Source: Lytechinus pictus
Lineage: Eukaryota
Assembly (NCBI RefSeq): GCF_037042905.1
Contig: NC_087250.1
Location: forward strand, 15,874,001 to 15,938,000
Reading direction: 5' to 3'
Length of the DNA stretch: 64,000 bases
The position numbers were made by a program, and so were the translations under genes. Below the pieces are notes generated by a model. The model had not been told where the DNA came from. It searched no databases and saw only the letters and a list, made by a program, of their open reading frames with translations. Shown here in pieces: positions 40,601 through 52,600 of this stretch (its first letter is position 1; the number at the start of each line of letters is the position of its first letter).

Positions 40601-43600
40601 TCCAGTGTTGTCTTTATCATGACGTATATTGTTGGTGCGCGTATCATTTCAGGTTTTTGCCACGCGAGCCGATTCTGCACCTCGAGCTGTAACAGCGTGT
40701 AAATGCGGTGCAAGATAAACAAAAAGCCGGTTCTGAACCAACTGAACCAAAAGCCGATCACATGTAAACACAATTGCAATTAAGGGTGGTATATACTGAT
40801 AGGATGGGCTATTTGAGATGGGGGGGGGGGGTGATGGACCCTCCCCCCGTGATCTCGACCGCCATTGGATCGCGGCGAAATTTGGCACTCATATAGGACT
40901 GTATCCGGAAGTCAATTTTAACTTAGACCATGGTCTAACTCTGTGCTCAAGTTATGGGAAGCCAAAAGTGTCAAAATTTCTATAAAGTTGTACGTTTCTT
41001 ATGTTTACTGTGCTCTTTCCTGATTCATCGATGGTGAAGACAATCGTCTTTTTATACTTCCTAGACAATTATGAATGATTTGAGAGCCAAATGAGCTGAA
41101 ATATGTTATCTCTACTGTTATTGATTTATGTAACAATTGGCTATCCATGCTTAAATTAAACCTGACGTCAGAATACGGGTCATATATTGTTTGCCACATA
41201 AACTACAAGCCAGTATAAAAAAAATTCTTAAAATATATGCAAATTTATTTGCAAAACAATGTTTTTTGCGTATTTAAACACCAAATTTCACTTCAATTTT
41301 TTATTATTTTTTCCAGATGTCATCTTCGTAATCTCATTTACAGGTTTCCACAAAGAAAAATTGCAAAAGCCAAATTTTTCCTTATAAATGTATTTATTTG
41401 TATTTAGAATATCTTATTTTTTTCTTTGTTTTTTCTGTTTCTCGTTGTTTTTTCAATTGAGGTTATTATAGACCATCTAACACCTAAATTAAACCCTAAA
41501 TTGATTATGCAGAACAAATTCTATTAACACTTTTGTGGCGTAATGACCCTTTATGGTGAAGATCACCTCATCAAAAGGTTGATTTGAATAAATAGAAAAA
41601 AAATAAAACAAGCAAATTCAAATTTCACCAAAATTGGATGTAAAATAAAAATTCCCCCCCTCCAAAAAAAAGTATACCTAGATAAAAAAGAATGATGTCA
41701 TTTTGAATTTTCACTTTAATTTTTCTTTCTAAAAAAAGGTGCAAAACAAAACGATATGCAAATGAGGGAGAGTTGACGATGTCACACACTCTGACAAAGA
41801 GTGTGTCTTTCAAATAAAAAGACACACTTCTTAAAAAGCGGATCAATGTAATCGCTTCCACTGATCCGCTTTATATTCTGCAATATCAGATTGACAGCTA
41901 CATATACAGACCATGGAAATATATTGTAGATGAACAGTACTTCCAAGGTCCTGTCTTAAAAAGAGTTGCAAATGATCAAATCAACCACAACTATGGAAAG
42001 TCAGCAATGTCAACATCTAAAATGCATGTTTCTTCAAAAGGGCTATTCCACGGTTACTCACGTTACATTTGGAGACACCTTGACTCATACTTGGAGCTGT
42101 AACTTCATTATTATTGATAGGAACTAAACATCTCTTTATTACAACATAGTATGCAGTCTGACTATCCTTTGTATAAAAACAAAACTTGGGAAATGTCATT
42201 ATGCTCCTGGCAAATCTTCGAAATGTGTCGGTTACTCATATTACATGATTTGGACATGCATAAAATGAAAAGTGGACATAAGTGAAAATTGTCCTCATAC
42301 AAGGCTTTTATGAAAGTTGATTATATCCATTTCAAAGAAGTATATTAGGGAGACAAATTTGTATAAAATTAAAAAAATAAAGAACACATGGTTTTTACTA
42401 GGGGTGCAGATAAAGTGGTTACTCACGTTACGGTTCAGATGGGCTATATGTACAAAGACACATTGAGCTCATGTCCACCAACCTATGGAATTGCCCAAAA
42501 TATGTTGTAGATTCCTGTGTATTAATACATACATTGTCTTTTTGTTGTTGAAAATTCAGTGTGCTTTTCTTTGCTTACAAAGGATATTGTGCAAATTCCC
42601 TTAAAAAAATTATGACATTTAGTGCTTTCCATACAGTTGAGGTTGATTGAATTGTATTGAATTGAAATTGGTATGGTTTATTGGGAAAAATATCAAACAG
42701 GCAGCTCGCAGGCTGAAAATGTTCAATTTACAAGCAATATAATTATACAATGGTGAGAGATAAAACATAAATAAACATTGATAAAATGCCAAATGCAATT
42801 GATAGAAATAATAATAAATTAATATTACGATCGATGAACAGGCACTCAACTCAAGCCTACAGCATCGTGGACTTAAAGTAAAAGTATTAATATTCTACTA
42901 TCATATTTTAAGTCAAAATACAGAAACAAACAAACAGGTCTAAATGAAAAACAATGAACAAAAGCAGAAAATGAGTGGTGTAGTTGAAACAAGGGTCAAG
43001 TGATTGAAATTGAAATAAAGTAATTCTGTTGTGTAGATAAAAACAGAATTACTTTGAGTTTAAATAATATCAAAAGAAACAGTAAATTTCAGTGTGCAGC
43101 AAAGTCCATGTTAAAGGAAATTTGATAAATAAACATTTCAACAATTTCGGAATATTGCAAATTGATTTACAGATTAACAGGATTGAATGCAGGATAATGA
43201 TTAACTTAAGTACAGTATAATTAAACACAATAATAAAATGAAAAAAAGGATAAAGAATAACTCTTTGTAAGATTGGGCGCGGATGTTCAGTCAGCTCTTA
43301 TGTTATTGTGATTGTTATTGTGACGTCAACACATAGCTCCTTTCTGCCTTTATTATGTAAATTTTCATCATGATACACGACAATGTCTCCAAATTAGACA
43401 GATTTCATTGACTGGAAATAAAAAAAATGACCCTGTTTGTAGTAGTTGAATATGATGGCACTTTTCAATCTCTCCAGATTATATGCGCCAGTCGCTTTCG
43501 TAAGTAGGACCTCGGCAAAGGAAAGCCCATGTGACATCAAACCATTTAGCGACAATTATGCAAAAATACAATATAGATTAGTCACCCATCCACCTATTAG

Positions 43601-46600
43601 TAGGTCCTACAGAATTTTGTAATATCTTTGCCAAATAACAATTCAATATATAATTGACAAAGTAAATAAAGCTATTTCCTTAGAAGGAGCCTCAAGATGG
43701 CGCTATTTAACCAATCTGAACTGATCCACATAGATTAATCAATGGAACACACTGTAGGCTTCACGGGCCTAATCACTAGAGGCAGGCCATAGATATTCAT
43801 TCGACCCAACCCATTGCTATCTTTTTTATTTTGATATGGCTGATTAACAAAGTGTATGCATATGATTGTCCATCTAACACTGATTCTATTTTTGGTAATT
43901 ATTGAACTTCCTTTTCCCAAATTGGGAAGAAATATCACCAATTTTGGACTATATTTTGACTGGCGGAAGGATTAGGGCTATTTTGCTGTTTGAGGTGATG
44001 AATCTGCTCCCCCCGACGGTGTCTTCAAACACGCCAATTTATTTTTAAAATGAGCCGGTCGAGGGACCCTTTTCTGGTCAGATATGGATTGCCAGACATA
44101 TATCCTATCCACTGGTAGTAAACATTCGACCCCCGAATTTCATCCTTATTTTTTATGAATTTTTTAAAGTGCCAATTTAACACACGAGTCTATGGGGAAT
44201 GAATTAGGCCTGTGTTACCTATAATCCTTGACCATAGCCTATTAGTAGGGAAATTCTCTGGTTGATGAAATACCTGCCCAAAAGGGGCCCAAACTCTTCA
44301 GTAGCAGATTGCTTTCACTAGTATACATGTTTCAATCATCAAGAGGTCCAAAACTGAACTTCATGGCTATATACAAGGCTACATAGGGGGTATAACAGGT
44401 AACAAATTGTGATTAGTAACTCTGTGTTTGTGTACCTAGGCTAGGCTGTGTAGGCTGTGTGTTTGTCTCTGCGTTGCACGTTGTCGTGTGTTTTCGTATA
44501 CCGACGAGCGCTGTTGTAAATCGTGTATAGCACCCATCACAAGATATAGTACACATTAGATAGGCCTTGCATTAATTGCACTTGTGAAATTGGTTCATGG
44601 GGAAGGGAAGGAGAAGAGAAAACTTTAGAATTTGGCTGAAGAGTGGTGGATTCAATAGGGAGGGGGGGGGGGGGTATAGAGAAAAAGCATAGTTAGTATG
44701 TTGGGGGGGGGGGGGCTGAGAATGAGTGCTACTGCTATCTTGTTCAACTTTTACTGACTTCTAGCCAGACTAGCCCCCATCCATTTAGAATACAAGCCAT
44801 CTAACCCCCCTCTCTCCCTGTCTCTCTCTCTTACATCCCTTGGCTGGGCCCTTGTCATAGGAAGATGTGAATGTATAGTATGCTTGTATGTTGATTCTCA
44901 TTTCTTTTTATTGTTATCTAATTTAACTCATGTGAATCTGGTATTTATATTGTGGGCAGATCTTGAATCCAGATATGCACACTATTCATATCTACAATTT
45001 GCATTATAGGATTTGGGCCCTACATTGCATCCATTGTTGAGCTACATATAGGCAGGTAGGATGTGTGTAAATCCATAGGGCACTAGACATTAGGAGTAAC
45101 ATTAAAATTGGTCATTACATAACACATCTGTATATTTCATGCATTTCTTTGTGATAAAGTGAGTGTACAGATGTTAAAGAAAAGCCAGGAAGGTAAATTA
45201 AAAAGAAACCTTCATGTGCCATACAATACAGGCTTCACGGGCCTAATCACTAGAGGCAGGCCATAGATATTCATTCGACCCAACCCATTGCTATTTTTTT
45301 TATTTTGATATGGCTGATTAACAAAGTGTATGCATATGATTGTCCATCTAACACTGATTCTATTTTTGGTAATTATTGAACTTCCTTTTCCCAAATTGGG
45401 AAGAAATATCACCAATTTTGGACTATATTTTGACTGGCGGAAGGATTAGGGCTATTTTGCTGTTTGAGGTGATGAATCTGCTCCCCCCGACGGTGTCTTC
45501 AAACACGCCAATTTATTTTTAAAATGAGCCGGTCGAGGGACCCTTTTCTGGTCAGATATGGATTGCCAGACATATATCCTATCCACTGGTAGTAAACATT
45601 CGACCCCCGAATTTCATCCTTATTTTTTATGAATTTTTTAAAGTGCCAATTTAACACACGAGTCTATGGGGAATGAATTAGGCCTGTGTTACCTGTATGA
45701 AACATGCAGATAAGGATGCCTACTGTAGCCTATAACCTAGGCACAAGCTGCAGATATTGGAATTTGCTTTATGAGTCTGGTTGATTCAATTAAGTTCATT
45801 TCAATTTACTCAATCATTTAAAAATCAATATGAAACTGTACATGAATAACAATCATTGTAGATAAAGTTTAGATGAATAGGGTGCTCTTAGAAAAGCAGA
45901 AGCTTGAGGAATAGGACACCCAAAGAATAGCCTAGTGGTTAAGTTGCTGCCCGGAAAGCAGTCGATGGCAGGTGCAAATCCCACTGGTTCCAATTTTTTT
46001 CTGATTACTATGATTTTGATTACAGATCGAGCATGTGATCACTGTTCAACATGGAAATACCATCAAAATAAGATTGTTAATTGATATAGGTCACCTAAGA
46101 TATCATTCATGTTTTACACCTACAAAGTTGTCTTTTGTATTTATGTTTTTAAGAATAATGTTTCAACTTCCACTACATACAACCAATGAAATGATAAATC
46201 ATATCTTTTATTCCTACCACGGTTGTGTTGGTCGCAGCAGGCCAAAAGATGGGAGTGGCTGCTAACCTGTTTGGCATTCAACAATTAAAGGGATAGAGCT
46301 ACGTCGATCTGGCGCTACTCAGTGCCAGTGGTGGGGGCCCACGATCCCGCACGATTACTTGGGCAAATTGAATTTTCAGAGGATTGCTATTTCTGATTTC
46401 TGTTCGGATCAATAAATATGGATTTTCATTTTGTTTTTCATCAGCTAAACGAAGAGGGAAGTTCTCAAATCACGTTGCACAATCTTGCTACTGATTTTGG
46501 TACTGCGTCTTGGTTTGACCAGTATAAAGGTCGTCGCTTCCATGCTAAAGCCATTGTACGTGAGACGGCAACCCAGTTCACAGAGGCAGGAATCAGCACA

Positions 46601-49600
46601 AGTACCGTCTTTGAAAGCTCACCTTACCGATTTAGTACGGAACGAACAGTCCAGTACTTCAAAGCTGGCCTCAATTTGCAAATCAAGGTAGGATAGACTC
46701 GTGTGTATGTAAACTCTACGATGGGAAGCACATTTGTACATTAGTCTAGCTGCAATAAAAAAACTTATATTGTTTAATAATAATGATGTTGGTCTTCAAA
46801 AAGTAAAAGTAAGGAGATTAGCTTATATCTGAAAGAATAGTATTTTTTTCTTTCTTTGCCCCCAATTCTGGATTTCTTGGAAATGCGCATAACTCATGTT
46901 TGAGTGAACCCCAAATATTTAACTGTGTTTTCTCATTGTGTGTAAACCTCTGAATTTTTTTTCACATTCCTAACAAGTAATTGCATTTTGACAAGTTCTA
47001 TCTAAATTCAAAGCTCAGAATGTGCGTTTTCTAGCTCAATAAAAGTCTAGGAATTAATTCACTTCTGCAAAATGTGTTTATCAGTGTCCCTAAACTCATG
47101 AGATCTTGTTTATTATTCACCCAGGCAACGATTCAAAATCCAGTTATAAATTTCTTAGTAATGACAGATTTCCCAATATGACTTTATTCCCAGCCATGGT
47201 TTTTCCTTCAGCAAGAAATTTACCCACGTTCTGCTGCACTCAACCCAAGTGAGGTGAACGGGTAACCGTTAGGAAATAATTTCTCAAAAGCTGTGAGCAC
47301 TGGGATTGGTAGACTAGCTTAGACTAGCTTAGCCGAGGTAATATAGGAGCGCGTTGAGCACCTGCGAGGTGGATACATGTGCTATACAAATCCGATATTA
47401 TTCATTTATTTATTTCATTTTTTTATATATTTATTTGTTGATTGCTTTATTTATTTATTAATAATTATCCTTGTTCACAGCTGGATTTAACCTTTGTAAA
47501 TGGAGATGTCGCCCCAGATGTACCTGTGCAAATCCAAGCGTATGGTACCGATACCAATGGCGATGAGAGCGAACTTCCTGTGGTAAACCAGGGGGCAAAC
47601 GCGGTGATACCAAACACAGATGAACATGGAGGCATTCAAACCTCTCGTGACATCCAGTCAAATGTGGTCAGCGTTCGGGTAGTAGTGAGTATTATTTTTG
47701 CCAGCTCCCAACCCCCGATCTATCGCCATTAATTGTGTTGTTTATGTTATAGCGCCACCTTGTGTCGCTTTGACTTGTAGAAGCGTCTTACTGTCTTTTG
47801 CTTGCGTTGCATTGCTCTGTCTTCGGTAGTGTCTCCTACCTGCTGCGGTTGTGTTTAATAAAGGGTCAATAAGTACACCTTGTCTGTTGACTCGTTTGTT
47901 CCTTCATGGTGGCAGCGGTGGGATACAAACCCATGTCATCGAAATGAATGGTGACTCAGTTCTTTCGTATGAATTATTTTCCAAAAGGGGTACACTAGGC
48001 TGAAATTCTTATGATTTGAACAGAAAAAGTAAAATCAGACAAACAAGACACTGAAAATTTCCTCAAAATCGGACACGGAATAACATTGTACGACATTGCA
48101 TGTTTCTGGTGAAACAGTTCTGTGCATGTTTTCATGAATATGTAATGAGCAACCAGATGATGTCATGCCCCCACTTATTCTTTTGTATTTTATCATATGA
48201 AATCATATTTGTTCAAATTTTGTCCACCAAGAATAAACAAGTGGATTGACAACTGATTTAATGCGTAAGATATTCATTTCTTCTACTCACATGACTGTAT
48301 TTGTTACAAGGGAGACATGTATTTTTTACACACACGTAGAAAAATATCAAATAATCAGCATGTACATGTAGTAACATAAGAAAGAGGACAATGGAGACCT
48401 GTGGCCCATCTTACAAAGATTTGCGATTGATCCGATCAATCGCATCTGGAAAGCCATCAAAGTCAACATATAAAATGCATGTTTTGTAAAAATTTTCTCT
48501 AGATATGAATGTATCCATAAATTGATTGATTTCTTGACAATTTGGTGTGTTCTCCTTTGTTTACAAAAGACATCTTGTAAATTTCCTGTAGAAAAAAATT
48601 ATGACACAAAATGGATGACTGTGCATTTAAACATTTAAAACAAATATTGCTAAACTTTAATATTCAATAACTTTGTTATAACTCATCAGATTTTTAAAAA
48701 AACTTCCCAGTGTTCTGCTCGATGAATTTCACTTTGTTTATTAAGGTGTATTTGTTTTCAGCCTGGAGTACCCCTTTAAGGCCACCATACACCTTATGTT
48801 TGGTCTGCGAGCTGACTTGGGAAGAAATTTGATGCAAATATTGAGACAGACGCAATAAACATACACATAATTACAAAATACAGTTAACGTCACTGTCCAG
48901 TATATCATGCAGTAGATCTATGATGATATGCTAGTCATGACAACCTTTGTTTTACGGACTTTCTCATGAAATCACCATTTAATGCAACTACTTTGAAAAT
49001 TTAAGGGGGATCTAGACTACTTGAGGTAAATTTAGAACAACGGTAGAGAAAAAAATTATTACTGTCTCTTTTTTGATCGTTTTAATCTTCCTCAGACTTT
49101 CGATGGTCTGTTTCATTGATTTTCTCTTTTATATGAACTCATCCTGTTTCTTGATTGACATTCTACTTTAAATTGCAATGTTTAAGTGTACTTTTTTCTA
49201 AAAGAATATGCTGGTGTTTCTTTTCTTTAAGGTGTCTGTTGTGCAAAATGTGAAAAATTGGTATGTGCATTCTTATGTGAGTGAAGACAAAATGGAAATT
49301 ATTACATGAACGTTTTTTTGTGTCATTTTTTAACAGGCCTCCACTGTGAGCGGAGACTACAATCCCGAAAACCAAGCGTCCATTTCATTTGAAGTGACTG
49401 GTTCAGACCCCGAAAATGGAGAATTCATCCTAATCAGGCCACAGAATGCAGATGATCGCAAACTAGTTGTAAGTCATATGTGTGACCAGTCACCCCAAAT
49501 CACCAGGGCCCTATTGCATAAAAGTTACTATCATTACAGTAACTTTGCCATCCAGTGGTGACTTCCCTGAAATCCTTGATCCTGATTGGTTGCTTTTCAT

Positions 49601-52600
49601 TGTTACCATAATAGTAACTTTTGTGCAACTGTGTCCTGGAGGGTTTTTCACAAAGAGTTAAGTGTGACATAGGGCCTTTTTCACACGTGAGTCTTGAATC
49701 ATTGTAATGATGATTGTAATTCGTCTTTAGAATCATCGGGCCTCTCTCACGGAAAATTTGTACCGCAATTTGAGTGAAAATTAATTGGAATTCACCTCCG
49801 AACTGAGCAGAATTTGAATTTGTGATTGTGATTAGCATTTGTGATTCTAGTTTGGTTTCACACGTGCTACAAATTTGTCATTGTAACCTTACTTTTCTCT
49901 GGAATCATTATTCAAATTACCATTTTTTACCGTGTGAAAGGGCAGTTAGAGTCTCACTTAAATTCACAGTTGTTTGCAGAATAGAAGGCACCATAGAAAA
50001 TACAGAGTTATGTATAGAAATAAGTCAATGAGAATAGCAATAGCCATGTAATTTTATTTAAAAAAATTAAGAGTTGGCGAGGCTGCTTGTTGTTTAAGTA
50101 ATACTGTTATTGCCATGATTGAAAAATCATTGTATCATCTTTTTTACCCTTTGAATCATGAGGGTCCTGCAGCTTAATTTGGTCTTGCAATGGTTGAACC
50201 ATAGAGCTATTACAGAAGGAGATCCTTCTTCCAATTCCTCTGTGAATCCTTTGCTATCGCTTCCCTCTGGCGAAGGAACGATATCTAACATCAATCGGCG
50301 AGCCGCTAGGCAAAAGTAAGAGCCCGCTTACGTAATGCGATAAGCCCGCTCGTAAAATCTGAGGTCAGTTATTTTTTTGAAGGTCCCTGCGAGGCACCGC
50401 CGAAAACGACGTTCTTCCACATAACTTCCCTTCGAGCTCTGTTTTTTTCAAAATCGAAACACGACTTGCTGTACTTCCAACATCCATATCGCTTCGTACG
50501 GATTTCTGATGTACGTCTTTCATGTATGGCTGAACTTCTGAGATGATCCCCTTTGCATACATACCAAACACGTCACAATCTGATTTGACTCAACAAAATT
50601 ACAAACGGAGGAAGTTGGAGATTGGTCATGTTAGGTATGTCTGTCCTCCTTCCGTAGTTAAATCTTTCCCTGCCCGTAACTGTTTTAGAAATTATAACAA
50701 GGTGAAAAAGCATACTTTGACCTTAATTTTTATGCAAAGATCATTTGCGTGATTACAATGGCCTTGATAATATAACGATGAATCTACGGGGCATTTCTAC
50801 GTCGATTGATGCATCGTCGAGTATCTTCCGGTGCCCCATGTACTCCTATTTGTGTAAGTTGAAGGTGAGTGTGATGCTTGATGCGCGAGCTCCGAGCTCG
50901 CGCGCCCTGCTCATTCACACAGTACAGGCCTCAGCTCCGGACCGTTTCGGAAAAACTTGAATTGACGCATTTGAAGAGATAGATCTAGACCTAACTTTTA
51001 TGATATTTTGTTGATTATGATCTGTAAATTTTATTTATATTAATATTACCCATTGGGTACGAATGACGGCGTTTTAGATTGCATTCGATCAACTTTTCCT
51101 ATCTTATTTATAGGGCTGATTTACGGGGGGGGGGGGGGGGGGGCTGCGCCTGTAAGTGTGAAAGTGCCGTGATGGACCACCCTGCTTTGAGGGGATTAGT
51201 GGTGCCGCGCATGGGGCAAAGCGTTCGAGAGAGTCAGTCCTCTTTCTGTAATAGCTCTATGGTTGAACATATCTCACTGGGAACTGAAGACCAGCACGGG
51301 ATGAGCGTGTCTTTGCCTTGGTTTGGGATGTGAAGCAGAATCATGTTCCAATCCATGTCTCTTGAATAAAAAATACACACAAAAAGACAGAAATGTTAGC
51401 AATTCCAGCCGTCACTGGAAATGAAAAAAAATACTTAATATAAATAAAAGTTTAATGAAAGCACAGCTGAATGAGTCAATTTTACAAAATCTGGAGTGGA
51501 TGAGTAGTGAACAGATGAACTGTTTTGATAAGATTTGCGTCCTAGATTATTATAAACAAATATTTTCATTCCCCAAAATATGCTATTAACTTACCCTAAT
51601 TTAACTGGGCTATTTCAGACCAGGATATATGGGGGTGGGGGTCACACGTCAGATCCTGGCAGCTGATTGCACGTGTAGAGCCGGATGTAAACTACAAGAC
51701 TATGTAGTACAATTTTTAAGAAAATTAATTGTTTATATTTTTTATCAATTAATTATGGGAATTAGAGTATGAAATTTGCCCTGAATTTTGTTTTTTTGTA
51801 TGTTTTTGCCTGTAACTCACTTGATATAGCTTGTAGAATTGTGATTTTTGGTATTAATTTTACATTTCTAACAGATATCTAAAAAAATTACCAAAATATC
51901 TTTAATTACCACTGTATTTTATTGTTATTTTCATTTTTATGTAATTCCTTCATTTTTTTAAACCTTTGTTTTTTGTCTCACCTGCATAGCAGTGTGAGAC
52001 TATAGGTGCCGCTTTTCCGGCGGCGGTGGTGGCGTCAACACCAAATCTTAACCTAAGGTTAAGTTTTTGAAATCACAGCATAACTTAGAAAGTATATGGA
52101 CCTAGTTCATGAAACTTGGCCATACGGTTAATCAAGTATTACTAAACATCCTGCCTGAGTTTCATGTCACATGACCAAGGTCAAAGGTCATTTAGGGTCA
52201 AGACCATGTTGGGGGAATCAACATCAAAATCTTAACCTAAGGTTAAGTTTTTGTAATGTCATCATAACTTAGAAAATATATGGGCCTAGTTCATGAAACT
52301 TGGACATAAGGTTAATCAAGTATCACTGAACATCCTGTGCGCATTTCAGGTCACATGACCAAGGTCAAAGGTCAATGAACTTTGGCCGAATTGGGGGTAT
52401 CTGTTGAATTACCATCATAACTTTGAAATTTTATGGATCTGATTCATGAAACTTGGACATAATAGTAATCAAGTATCACTGAACATCCTGTGCAAGTTTC
52501 AGGTCACATGATTAAGGTCAAAGGTCATTTATAGTCAATGAACTTTGGCCAAATCGGGGGTATTTGTTGAATTACCTTCATAACTCTGTACGTGTATTGG

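Noticed and set aside
43755..45695. Direct repeats read as the LTRs of a TRIM/LTR element
   Set aside because: No TG...CA ends, PBS or polypurine tract; each repeat has its own TIRs.
45925..45995. tRNA-like sequence ending in CCA followed by a T-run
   Set aside because: Degenerate B-box (GGTGCAAATCC) and no acceptor stem; more likely a SINE head or pseudogene than a tRNA gene.
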